64,000 nucleotides of DNA from positions 223,886-287,885 of the forward strand of contig OZ244626.1 in the NCBI GenBank assembly GCA_965218495.1, written 5' to 3'. The notes beneath the pieces are model-generated. The model was not told where the DNA came from, searched no databases, and saw only the letters and a list, made by a program, of their open reading frames with translations. Every line of letters starts with the position of its first letter. The first letter of the stretch is position 1. Source of the DNA: Rhodothermales bacterium. GTDB taxonomy: Bacteria; Bacteroidota; Rhodothermia; Rhodothermales; Bin80. Shown one piece after another: positions 20,394-29,814 of this stretch. A program made the translations under genes and the position numbers.

Positions 20394-21329
20394 ATGACTA
20401 GGTTCCACCGTGCTTCTCTGCTTCTAATCCTTGCGCCCATGTGCGCGCTGGTCTCCTTGGGGCAGGATCTTCCGTCCGATGAGCAAATCATTACGAACCT
20501 CCGATTTCAGATTCCCGAGCTGCGGGAAGCGGACCTCGTGATGCAGCCAATGGTCGCGAGCGCCTTCGAGGGATTTCACCAGGGGGTCGTGGTGGTCAAT
20601 GAGTCGCAGCAGCTGCATTTCCTCATCGAAGACAAGACTGCGCACGTGCTACTGCTGCTGTCACCCGTTCCCATTGATGTTGGGCTGTCGCCAGACCAGG
20701 TGGCAGCGCTCCAGGAAGAAGAAGATCAGGCAGCCAAGGTCGCCAATGAGGAGCGGCATCAGGCACTTTTGCGATTCTCGGAAGGCATGTCGTCACGGGG
20801 GCCCAGCGAAGCGCCGGTTACCATCTTTGAATTCTCCGACTTCCAGTGTTCGTACTGCGCGCACGGATTCTCAACGATAGAGGAACTGCTTAAGCTGTAC
20901 CCGGACAAGGTCCGCTTTGTTTACCTGCATCTGCCCTTACCGAACCACAACTGGGCCAAGCCGGCAGCGATCGCCGCTGTGTGTGCGGCAGACCAGGCCG
21001 ACAGGGCATTTTGGATGTTGCATGACAGTTACTTCCGCAATCAGAGCCAGGTCTCGCTCGGCAACGTAATCGAGTTAAGTCAAAGTTACCTTGAAGACAG
21101 CGGCATTGACATGGATGTGTGGACAAAGTGTGCGAGCGATAGGAAATCGGCGGATTATATGAATGCAGCTGCAAAAGTAGAGGCATCCATTGCGTCGGCT
21201 GAGTCTGTGTTCGGCGTGTCTGGTACGCCCGGGTTCTTCGTCAATGGCCAGTTTTTGAATGGCGCCCATCCCGTCGAAACCTTTGAGGCGCTCATTGAAG
21301 AGCTTACGAGCTCTCAAATCTCACAATAG
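20394..21329 (+). CDS. DsbA-family thioredoxin-domain protein, exported
   Basis: Signal peptide, GPSEAPVTIFEFSDFQCSYC (CxxC) and GVSGTPGFFVNG cis-Pro loop. Confidence 0.88.
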   Translation: MTRFHRASLLLILAPMCALVSLGQDLPSDEQIITNLRFQIPELREADLVMQPMVASAFEGFHQGVVVVNESQQLHFLIEDKTAHVLLLLSPVPIDVGLSPDQVAALQEEEDQAAKVANEERHQALLRFSEGMSSRGPSEAPVTIFEFSDFQCSYCAHGFSTIEELLKLYPDKVRFVYLHLPLPNHNWAKPAAIAAVCAADQADRAFWMLHDSYFRNQSQVSLGNVIELSQSYLEDSGIDMDVWTKCASDRKSADYMNAAAKVEASIASAESVFGVSGTPGFFVNGQFLNGAHPVETFEALIEELTSSQISQ

Positions 21330-21331
21330 GG

Positions 21332-22150
21332 CTAGATGCCTAGTCCGCCGGTTACCTCCAGCGTGTGACCGGTGACGTAGTTTGCTAGCGGTGAGGCAAG
21401 CAGAAGAATGGCGCCGGCCGCCTCTGCAGCAGTGCCATATCGCTGTAGCGGGATCTGGGCCATGATGGAGGGGCGCAGCTTCGCCGGAATGCCGAGCACT
21501 ACCTCTTGGCCTGCCACCGAGAATGTGTTCCCGTGCTCTGCAGGCCTCGTCAGGCGCGTGTCGATCATGCCAAAGGCCACAGCATTGCACCGGATGCCAA
21601 AGGGACCCCACTCTTTGGCAACCGTTTTGGTTAGCCCGACGATACCCATCTTGGCCGTGGCATAATTGATCTGGCCGATGTTGCCATGCAAGCCTGTGGT
21701 GGATGAGACGTTGACGATGCAGCGCCGGACATGGGTTCCGGTTGCCACCTCCGCCTTGGCAGCCGGGCGCCAGTTCGCTGCTGCCGCACGAATGAGCCGA
21801 AACGGCGCCAACGTATGTACATCCTGGATGCGCTGCCACTGCTCATCGGTCATCTTGTGGAGCATTCCGTCCCACAGAAATCCTGCGTTGTTTACTAGCA
21901 CATTCAGTCCGCCGTAGACCTCGTAGGCGCGAGCGATCAGCTGCTCTGCCATCCCGTCGCGTGTGACGTCACCAGATGCCGCATGCGCCACACCGCCCGC
22001 TGAGGTGATGGCGTTGGCTACCACTTCGCAGTGCTTCGCCGTTAGGTCGTTTACGACGACCGAAGCGCCGTGCGCTGCAAACTGCTGTGCTGCAGCAGCG
22101 CCGATGCCGCGCCCGGCCCCCGTAATCAGAACTACTTCGCCCTCAAACAT
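21332..22150 (-). CDS. Short-chain dehydrogenase/reductase (3-oxoacyl-ACP reductase-like)
   Basis: TGAGRGIG, VNNAG and YATAK catalytic motif. Confidence 0.9.
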   Translation of the reverse strand: MFEGEVVLITGAGRGIGAAAAQQFAAHGASVVVNDLTAKHCEVVANAITSAGGVAHAASGDVTRDGMAEQLIARAYEVYGGLNVLVNNAGFLWDGMLHKMTDEQWQRIQDVHTLAPFRLIRAAAANWRPAAKAEVATGTHVRRCIVNVSSTTGLHGNIGQINYATAKMGIVGLTKTVAKEWGPFGIRCNAVAFGMIDTRLTRPAEHGNTFSVAGQEVVLGIPAKLRPSIMAQIPLQRYGTAAEAAGAILLLASPLANYVTGHTLEVTGGLGI

Positions 22151-22649
22151 GTGTTTTGGCTCGAAATGGTAGGTCGCAGTAAAGCTTCAGCGGACCGATG
22201 CGTTCCACCAAGGACGCAGTGGATGGTCAATTTGCTCGTAATGCCAGTCTAAGCGCCGAATTGCCCGCCGTAAATGCCAGGGGTAGCAAAAGTGGCAGCG
22301 TGGTGCCACTTGCCAGGGCTGCTGCATGCAATGGTCAGGTCCAATTGCGACGGAAATTTCAGTAGTGCGGGCGTCGGGCGCAGCAGTCGCCCGTGCACTG
22401 GGTTTTCGCTTGCGCTAATTCGCGCGACATGCGGCTCGCTCTTGACGTTTCCTCAGGCGCGATGCAGCGACATGCTATGCGCTGTAACAAAGCCGATGTC
22501 ACATCACTCGCGAACTAGTAAGGAGGTATCACAGCCATTGCAGCTTTGGCCGAGGTGACATCTGGAGCCAGGCGCCAAACGCGATGGGCCCGCGCAAATG
22601 GCGCACAGGACCGAGCCGGATTTCACGCCAGCTACAGCGTCTCACCAGC

Positions 22650-22675
22650 GTAACAACTAGTGTTGCTGATACGTA
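22650..22675 (+). promoter_or_regulatory. Candidate ECF-type promoter (GTAAC-N17-CGTA) upstream of the DUF5916 gene
   Basis: AGCGTAAC...CGTA matches the motif upstream of the ECF sigma gene; about 50 nt before the ATG at 22727. Confidence 0.4.
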
Positions 22676-22726
22676 GCGGTTACGGCACTTGGGAGACCTC
22701 TTCAGCTCATCACTGCAACGCGCATC

Positions 22727-25042
22727 ATGAATCGCCTGTTTGGAACGCTCTTCGTGTTGTTATTCTTCTCAATCACTCTGACGGCACGCGTAAGTGCCAT
22801 TCAGACGATTCAAGCGGGTGCTAACGCGGAATTGGCGGTAACCCCTGCATTTGAGCCCAACATTTTGCCTTCGCTGAATGTGCGCCCCGCCACTACGCCC
22901 ATCGTGGTGGATGGAGAAGTCAATGAGCAGGCCTGGCACTTCGCCGCACAGGTGCAAAACTTCTCCGAGGTGTTTCCAGGTGATCAGTCAAAGCCGCCCA
23001 TCGGCGTCGTGGCGTACATGACCTACGACGCAGACAACCTGTACGTTGCCTTCAGTATAGAGGACGATCCGGCGCACATCCGGGCCAACCTGAGCGATCG
23101 GGATGCCCTGTGGCAGGACGACTACGTTGGTATTGTCCTGGATCCGAATCAGGACGGCCAGTCCCTCTACTTCATAGCATCCAACCCGCTTGGCATCCAG
23201 GGCGACACCAGAATTTCTGTCAATAACGAGGATGACGGATTCAACCTGATTTATTCCAGTGAAGCGACCATTACCGATACAGGGTACGAAGTGGAAATGG
23301 CGATCCCGTTCAAGAGCTTGCGCTTTCCCAACAGGAATGTGCAGACGTGGCGGGGAACCTTCTGGGTCACACATCCACGTGCCAGCCGTAACCAGTACTC
23401 CTGGGCGGCAATGGATCGGGACAACCCATGTTGGCCCTGTCAACTGGGTACGATCACGGGCATACAGGGTGTGCATGCAGGGCGCAACCTGGAAATCCTC
23501 CCCGCACTCACGGGCGCCAGCGCCGGTGCGCTGCGCGATGCGAATGACCCGGCAGGGGGATTTGACAATGATCGTATCGCGCTGGAGCCATCACTGAACG
23601 TCAAGTATGGACTTACCTCTGAGCTAACCGCGGACGTCACCCTCAATCCCGACTTTAGCCAGATCGAAGCGGACGTCGCTCAGATTGATGTAAACTCCAC
23701 TTTTGCGCTTTCCTACGACGAACGGCGCCCGTTTTTCCAGGAGGGGTCGGATCTGTTCAGGACGGAGATCCGGACGGTTTACACGCGCAGCATTAACGAT
23801 CCCATCGTAGCCAGCAAGCTTACTGGGCGTTGGGGAGATACGGATGTCGCCTACATCGGCGCGCGGGATAATACATCGCCGCTGCTCTTGCCATTTGAGG
23901 AAGAGAGCAGGCTGCTGAGCGCTGGAAAGAGCGTGTCGAACATCTTGCGGATCAAGCACAACTTTCCGGGAAACTCGTACGTCGGAGCACTGCTGACCGA
24001 CAGGCGCCTGGACATTGGAGGCGCCGGCAGTACCATCGGGGTTGACGGCCAGGTCCGATTCTTCAAGAAGTATCGGCTCAGTGGCCAGCTGGTTGCCAGT
24101 CGCACGGCGGAGCCGATCGATAAAGAGCGGTCCAAAGAGGTGGCGGGTATCACTTTCGGCCCAAGAGACTATACGGCGGAGCTGGACGGGGAGCGCTTTG
24201 GCGGACTAGCTGCCACGCTTGAGTTGGATCGGGAGGGGCGCTACTGGAGCTTTGAGGCCGGCTATGAGCAAAGCTCCCCTACCTTTCGGGCCGCAAATGG
24301 GTTCGTTCGCCAAAACAGTGTACGGCGCTTCTTTATATGGCAGGGAGCTACGTTGTACCCGGAGGCGGTCGTACCCTTTATCGATCGTGTCCGGCCCAAT
24401 ATCGCGGCCGGTCGCCGGTGGAACTACCACGGTTTGCACAAGAACGACTTCGTTTCGCCCGGCATCGGCATTCAGATGAAGGGTCAGACCAACGTGCAGG
24501 CGCGCTATACGTTTGAGCGGGAGCGTTTTGCAGGTGCTATCTTCGACGGCATCCAGCGCTTTAGCGTGGACGCATTCAGCAACTTCAGCGAATTCGCGAG
24601 CCTGTCTGCGGAGGTTGCCGTCGGGCGCGACATCGCGCGATTCCTTGAGGAGCCTGTGCTTGGCAAGAGCCTGGACTTGTCGATTTCCGGGTCGCTACGC
24701 CCCAACCAGCACCTGGCCCTGCAGCCGATGTTTGCCTACTCACGTCTGAAACAAACGGCCACTGGAGAAAACTACTTCAGCGGCTACATTGCGCGTGTGC
24801 GAATAAAGTACCAGTTCACGCGAAGCTTCTTCTTCCGAACCGTGGTGCAGTACAACGATTTTCGCAATGCGCTCGAATTCGATCCGCTACTCACCTATAG
24901 GCTCAATGCCTTTACTGCACTACACTTGGGCTCCACGCACAATCTGGGCCAGTATGCGCGTGTGCGGGACGACGCGTCACACTATTTTCGGGAGAGCAGC
25001 CGACAGGTATTCTTCAAGTTTCAATACTTGGTACGTACCTGA
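22727..25042 (+). CDS. Exported CBM9-like/DUF5916 domain protein (probable outer-membrane beta-barrel)
   Basis: Signal peptide, IVVDGEVNEQAW, EMAIPFKSLRF, LNPDFSQIEAD and ERRPFFQEG; alternating beta-strand C-terminus FFKFQYL. Confidence 0.8.
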   Translation: MNRLFGTLFVLLFFSITLTARVSAIQTIQAGANAELAVTPAFEPNILPSLNVRPATTPIVVDGEVNEQAWHFAAQVQNFSEVFPGDQSKPPIGVVAYMTYDADNLYVAFSIEDDPAHIRANLSDRDALWQDDYVGIVLDPNQDGQSLYFIASNPLGIQGDTRISVNNEDDGFNLIYSSEATITDTGYEVEMAIPFKSLRFPNRNVQTWRGTFWVTHPRASRNQYSWAAMDRDNPCWPCQLGTITGIQGVHAGRNLEILPALTGASAGALRDANDPAGGFDNDRIALEPSLNVKYGLTSELTADVTLNPDFSQIEADVAQIDVNSTFALSYDERRPFFQEGSDLFRTEIRTVYTRSINDPIVASKLTGRWGDTDVAYIGARDNTSPLLLPFEEESRLLSAGKSVSNILRIKHNFPGNSYVGALLTDRRLDIGGAGSTIGVDGQVRFFKKYRLSGQLVASRTAEPIDKERSKEVAGITFGPRDYTAELDGERFGGLAATLELDREGRYWSFEAGYEQSSPTFRAANGFVRQNSVRRFFIWQGATLYPEAVVPFIDRVRPNIAAGRRWNYHGLHKNDFVSPGIGIQMKGQTNVQARYTFERERFAGAIFDGIQRFSVDAFSNFSEFASLSAEVAVGRDIARFLEEPVLGKSLDLSISGSLRPNQHLALQPMFAYSRLKQTATGENYFSGYIARVRIKYQFTRSFFFRTVVQYNDFRNALEFDPLLTYRLNAFTALHLGSTHNLGQYARVRDDASHYFRESSRQVFFKFQYLVRT

Positions 25043-25070
25043 ACGGCCTACTGGAAGCGAAGCGATAGAG

Positions 25071-25110
25071 CGCCCGGCGGGGAATCTTCCCTTGCCGGGC
25101 GTTTTGCTTT
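25071..25110 (+). terminator. Rho-independent terminator
   Basis: GC-rich 12-bp stem (CGCCCGGCGGGG / CCTTGCCGGGCG with two G-U pairs) followed by TTTTGCTTT, just after the stop at 25042. Confidence 0.7.
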
Positions 25111-25261
25111 GCGACGCCAGGGATTCGACCAATGATTGATGACCTGCTTGGGCACAGGGCGAATCGCTCTCGGGGAGTGTGTTCCAGTTTCCGCTTTGCA
25201 CATGCCCGTGCAAAATAAGCACGCCATAGTGTATCTTGAAGCCACAACAACGGAGATTGCT

Positions 25262-26581
25262 ATGAACATTGATCGCAGGACATTCCTTATGCAGGCCTCG
25301 GTCGCGAGCGTTGGTATCGGCGTGCTGGGCGCAGGCCGAGCGTACGCGTCACCAAATAACAAACTTGTTGCTGCGGTAATGGGAGTGAACAGCCGCGGCC
25401 ATGTCCTTGCGCAATCATTTGCGAATGCGGAAAACTGCGAGGTCGCGTACGTATGCGACGTGGATTCGCGAGCGATAGCCAGAACCATCGCAGGTGTGCA
25501 GGAGGTCATGCCGCTGGCCGTGCCGAAGGGAGAAGAGGACGTACGACGCATCCTTGAGGATGACGATGTCGACATCCTTGTAATCGCAGCACCCGATCAC
25601 TGGCATGCGCCGGCTGCGATAATGGCCGCACAGGCGGGCAAGCACGTCTATGTAGAAAAGCCGTGCAGCTACAATCCGGGCGAAGGTGAGATGCTAGTTG
25701 CGGCACAGGCGCGCTACAACCGCGTCATTCAGATGGGCAACCAGCAGCGTTCCTCGGCCGAATCAGCGCAGATCATTCAGGCCATTCGCGAAGGCATCAT
25801 AGGGCGCGCCTACTACGCGCGGGCATGGTACGCGAACACACGCGGCTCTATTGGGCGCGGCAAGACGGCGCCTGTGCCGAGTTGGCTCAACTACGACCTC
25901 TGGCAGGGCCCGGCGCCACGCGTCCCCTACAAGGACAACTACATTCACTACAACTGGCACTGGTTTCGGCACTGGGGCACCGGTGAGCTCTGCAACAACG
26001 GGGCGCACGAAGTCGACATCGCACGCTGGGCCCTAGGTGTCGACTATCCTGCGAGGGTTACCTCAGCCGGAGGACGATTCCATTTTGACGACGACTGGGA
26101 GTTCTTCGACACGCAGATTGCTACGTTTAATTTCGACGGTAACGTAGCCATCACTTGGGACGGGAGAAGCTGCAACGGGCGCCCCGTCGAAGGTCGCGGC
26201 CGTGGCACGGCCATCCATGGTGAGTACGGTACGGTCATAATGGATCGGTCCGGCTACGTGGTCTATGACCTGGATAACAAGGAGATCTGGAAACGGTCGC
26301 GCGCCTCAAGTCAGGAAGCAGCGCTGGACATCAGAGGCGGCGGTGGTCTCACGGATCGGCATATCGCAAACTTCCTTGCGGTGATACGAGATGGTGCGCC
26401 GCAGGCGTCGCCTATCAATGAGGGTCACAAGAGCACGCTACTGTGCCACCTAGGCAACATCGCGCAGATGACGGGGCGAACCCTAGAGTGTGACCCTACT
26501 AATGGTCACGTCCTACGTGATGAAGAAGCCATGGCATACTGGAATCGGTCCTACGAGCCTGGCTGGGAACTGGCAACCTAA
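25262..26581 (+). CDS. Gfo/Idh/MocA family oxidoreductase, Tat-exported
   Basis: Twin-arginine DRRTFL, APDHWHA, GKHVYVEKP and YDLWQGPAP motifs; ATG 25262 chosen. Confidence 0.9.
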   Translation: MNIDRRTFLMQASVASVGIGVLGAGRAYASPNNKLVAAVMGVNSRGHVLAQSFANAENCEVAYVCDVDSRAIARTIAGVQEVMPLAVPKGEEDVRRILEDDDVDILVIAAPDHWHAPAAIMAAQAGKHVYVEKPCSYNPGEGEMLVAAQARYNRVIQMGNQQRSSAESAQIIQAIREGIIGRAYYARAWYANTRGSIGRGKTAPVPSWLNYDLWQGPAPRVPYKDNYIHYNWHWFRHWGTGELCNNGAHEVDIARWALGVDYPARVTSAGGRFHFDDDWEFFDTQIATFNFDGNVAITWDGRSCNGRPVEGRGRGTAIHGEYGTVIMDRSGYVVYDLDNKEIWKRSRASSQEAALDIRGGGGLTDRHIANFLAVIRDGAPQASPINEGHKSTLLCHLGNIAQMTGRTLECDPTNGHVLRDEEAMAYWNRSYEPGWELAT

Positions 26582-26599
26582 TGCCCGCAAGGTGTATCC

Positions 26600-27943
26600 A
26601 TGGTTAGCGTTACTCGTCGCAACTTCCTGAAAACCAGCGGAACTGCTGCAGCGACCTCCGTCTTGGTCGGACCAAACATTCTGGCGGCAGAGCAGCGAAA
26701 GAAGATGCGCGTTGCACTGGTGGGGACCGGAATTCGGGGTATCGGCATGTGGGGCCGCAGCGTAGCCAGAGATTACGCAGATGTGGTGGAATTCGCGGGC
26801 CTCTGCGACATCAACCCCGGAAGGCTGGCGTATGCCAAAGAGCAGATCGGAGTCGACTGCCCGACCTTCACGGACTTTGACGAGATGCTGCGCATGACGA
26901 AGCCGGATACGGTCATAGTCACCACCACGGATGCCTTCCACCATGAGTTCATCATCAAGGCGATGCGCGCGGGCTGTGATGTGATCACCGAAAAGCCCAT
27001 GACCACCGATGCCGCCAAATGCCAGGCGATCCTGGATGCCCAGGCGGTCACGCGCAAGAATGTAACTGTCACCTTTAACTACCGGTATTCGCCGCACCGT
27101 CAGCGGATGAAGGAACTGCTGATGGCAGGCCGCATCGGGCAGGTCCGGTCGGTGGACTTTCACTGGTACCTTGATGTTTACCATGGTGCCAGCTATTTCC
27201 GGCGGTGGCACGGCAAGGAGCGCTTTGGCGGCACCTTGTTCGTGCACAAGGCGACACATCATTTTGACCTCCTGAACTGGTGGCTGGAGTCAGAACCGGA
27301 GGAAGTGTTTGCCTTTGGTGCCTTGGAGTACTATGGCCACAACAATGGTTTCAGGCACACCAACTGCCGCGGATGTCCCTTTGCAAGTCAGTGCAGGCAC
27401 TATTGGGACATCACGGGGAGGGAGTCGCTCATGAACCTGTATGTGACGCACGAACATCACGACGGATACCTGCGTGATGGGTGCGTGTGGAGCGATGAGA
27501 TCGACATCTTCGACAAGATGTCGGCTCAGATCAAGTACTCCAACGGCATCCATGTAAGCTATTCCCTGACGACGTATTCGCCCTACGAAGGGTATCGCAT
27601 CGCGTTCAATGGCACCAAGGGGCGCCTTGAGGCGTGGATCAAGGGCCGGCAGCCGTGGAAGGCACCAGCGTATGACGAGATACGGGTGACGGACAATTTC
27701 GGCGAAACGGAACTTATCCAGGTTCCCCACGGCGGTGGAGGACACGGCGGTGGAGATGCTCGCCTGAAGGATCGTATATTCAGGAACCCTGAGATGCCGG
27801 ACCCGCTCCGGCTGGCGGCGGGGTCGCGAGATGGCGCGATGTCTATCCTGATTGGCATAGCAGCGAGGGAGAGCGTGAAGACAGGAGAACCGGTCAGGAT
27901 CGGTGCGCTTACATCGCTGAAACCCCGCGCAATACGACCGTAG
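26600..27943 (+). CDS. Gfo/Idh/MocA family oxidoreductase, Tat-exported
   Basis: TRRNFLK, VGTGIRG, ITEKPM, HGASYFRRWH and HKATHHFD motifs. Confidence 0.9.
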   Translation: MVSVTRRNFLKTSGTAAATSVLVGPNILAAEQRKKMRVALVGTGIRGIGMWGRSVARDYADVVEFAGLCDINPGRLAYAKEQIGVDCPTFTDFDEMLRMTKPDTVIVTTTDAFHHEFIIKAMRAGCDVITEKPMTTDAAKCQAILDAQAVTRKNVTVTFNYRYSPHRQRMKELLMAGRIGQVRSVDFHWYLDVYHGASYFRRWHGKERFGGTLFVHKATHHFDLLNWWLESEPEEVFAFGALEYYGHNNGFRHTNCRGCPFASQCRHYWDITGRESLMNLYVTHEHHDGYLRDGCVWSDEIDIFDKMSAQIKYSNGIHVSYSLTTYSPYEGYRIAFNGTKGRLEAWIKGRQPWKAPAYDEIRVTDNFGETELIQVPHGGGGHGGGDARLKDRIFRNPEMPDPLRLAAGSRDGAMSILIGIAARESVKTGEPVRIGALTSLKPRAIRP

Positions 27944-27965
27944 CAGCTAGCTAGCCTTCTTGCTC

Positions 27966-28394
27966 ATGTTATTTGCCTCTCTGCGCCCGGCCTGCGCATT
28001 TCTTCTGGCCCTATTGATTGCCGGCTGTGCCGGCTCTGGCAAAACCGCCATGGACTCCGAGCCACCGCCACACCCGCTGGCTGGTGACTGGATGTACTCG
28101 GTTGACACGCCGCAAGGCATGTACACCGGAACTGTCAAATTCAGCACGGAAGGGGACTCGCTCGTAGGGGCGGTCGTGATGGACATGGCGCCCGAAGACG
28201 AGATTCCATTTGGCGCGGTCTACGACGACGAAACGGGGCAGGTCAGTTTCTCGTTCGATAGCGGCGAGTTTGGTGTCATGGATGTAGAATTGTTGTTGGA
28301 GGACGGTGCGCTTGCAGGGCAGCAGTTCGTCCGCGACTACAGCATGCATCTGGATGTGACGGCCACGCGTAAAGAAGAGTCCGCATCGCAGTAA
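27966..28394 (+). CDS. Hypothetical lipoprotein
   Basis: Lipobox LIAGC followed by an acidic beta-rich domain (LAGDWMYSVDTPQG). Confidence 0.7.
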   Translation: MLFASLRPACAFLLALLIAGCAGSGKTAMDSEPPPHPLAGDWMYSVDTPQGMYTGTVKFSTEGDSLVGAVVMDMAPEDEIPFGAVYDDETGQVSFSFDSGEFGVMDVELLLEDGALAGQQFVRDYSMHLDVTATRKEESASQ

Positions 28395-28424
28395 CGCGCG
28401 CCCTGGTAAGGTACCTGTGCAGTC

Positions 28425-28697
28425 ATGTACCACCTGATCGGCAAGCGCGTCAAAGTGTATCTCTACACTCGGGAGGGGGCTATGCTGGGTGAGATCAGTG
28501 GACGCGTAGCAGATGTCGCGAAAGAGGTCGAAGTGGCAGCCGGCATGAAGAAGGACCTTGCGTACGTCGTCGACATCGAAACGGGCAACCCCGAGGTGCG
28601 ATACCAAAACACGTCGGGTACGGAAAACGAAGGCTGGTTTGCAATCCAAGACATGGAGGTGATTAATGACAATGGCCCGCGGTGGTTTGTCAATTAG
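28425..28697 (+). CDS. Small hypothetical protein, possible Sm/LSm-like fold
   Basis: 90 aa with coding-like codon usage; LIGKRVKVYL...EISGRVADV resembles the Sm1 pattern. Confidence 0.65.
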   Translation: MYHLIGKRVKVYLYTREGAMLGEISGRVADVAKEVEVAAGMKKDLAYVVDIETGNPEVRYQNTSGTENEGWFAIQDMEVINDNGPRWFVN

Positions 28698-29814
28698 TGC
28701 TATCGGTGTTCTGTGCCTCATGGCCTCATGCCAACTGGAGCTGGGCTCACTAATGGTGGGGAGCAGTCGCATTGGAATGGTGCCCGAACAAGGTGAGGTA
28801 GAGCTTTTCACGATGCGGAATGTCCGCGGAGCGGAGGTTAACATCATGACCTATGGGGCCACCGTCACGTCGATTCGGGTGCCCGATAGGGATGGCGAAA
28901 TGGAGGACGTAGTTCTCGGATTCGAGTCGCTCGGAGGGTATCTGAGCGATAACCCATACTTCGGATCCATTGTCGGCCGCTACGGCAATCGCATCGCGAA
29001 CGGAATGTTCACGCTTGACGGCGAATCCTATACGCTCGCGCGCAACAATGGACCAAATCACTTGCATGGCGGGCTGGTGGGCTTTGACAAGGTCATCTGG
29101 GATGGACGGGTGTCCGCCTACGACGACAACGCGGTAGCCGAGTTTACGTATGTAAGCGAAGATGGAGAGGAAGGTTACCCCGGCACGCTTTCCGTGAAGG
29201 TCACCTATACGCTCACGCCTGACAATGAACTCATCGTCAATTACGAAGCTACGACGACCAAGGCCACACCGGTCAACTTGACCCAGCACTCCTATTTCAA
29301 CCTAGGTGGTGACGGAGCCGGTGACGTCTTGGACCATGAGCTCTCCCTGAACGCGAGCTATTTCACGCCCGTTGACTCTACGCTGATTCCGACGGGCGAG
29401 CTACGAAGCGTGGTAGGGACGCCCTTTGACTTCAAGAGTGCTCCCGTGCCGATTGGTGCTCGCATTGACGACGATGACCCGCAGCTGGTGATCGGCGGCG
29501 GTTACGACCACAACTTTGTGCTTGATGGCGGGGGAGGGTCGCTGGCACTGGCCGCCAGTGTATACCATCCTGCTTCCGGCCGAACCATGGATGTTTACAC
29601 CACCGAGCCCGGTGTCCAGCTCTACACAGGTAACTTTCTGAATGGGCTGCCCGGCAAGGATTTTCACCTCTATGGCCGCCATGCCGGCTTCTGCCTGGAG
29701 ACGCAGCACTATCCGGATTCGCCAAACCAACCGAACTTTCCGTCCACGATCCTGAGGCCCGGAGAGCGCTATACGTCGCAAACCAGGTTTACCTTTGGGA
29801 CGCGCCGCCGCTAG
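28666..29814 (+). CDS. galM: Aldose 1-epimerase (galactose mutarotase); start uncertain, possible lipoprotein signal
   Basis: GRYGNRIA, NHLHGG, EEGYPG, NLTQHSYFNL, GYDHNF and CLETQHYPDSPN motifs. Confidence 0.93.
   Translation: MTMARGGLSISAIGVLCLMASCQLELGSLMVGSSRIGMVPEQGEVELFTMRNVRGAEVNIMTYGATVTSIRVPDRDGEMEDVVLGFESLGGYLSDNPYFGSIVGRYGNRIANGMFTLDGESYTLARNNGPNHLHGGLVGFDKVIWDGRVSAYDDNAVAEFTYVSEDGEEGYPGTLSVKVTYTLTPDNELIVNYEATTTKATPVNLTQHSYFNLGGDGAGDVLDHELSLNASYFTPVDSTLIPTGELRSVVGTPFDFKSAPVPIGARIDDDDPQLVIGGGYDHNFVLDGGGGSLALAASVYHPASGRTMDVYTTEPGVQLYTGNFLNGLPGKDFHLYGRHAGFCLETQHYPDSPNQPNFPSTILRPGERYTSQTRFTFGTRRR

Noticed and set aside
22519-22536. TAAGGAGGTATCACAGCC, resembling the complement of the 16S rRNA 3' end or a very strong Shine-Dalgarno site
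   Set aside because: The similarity does not extend further and the nearest downstream start gives only a 6-codon frame.
22151-22640. About 500-bp intergenic region with a small inverted repeat (AAGTGGCA...TGCCACTT)
   Set aside because: No recognisable riboswitch, ncRNA or protein remnant could be supported by eye.
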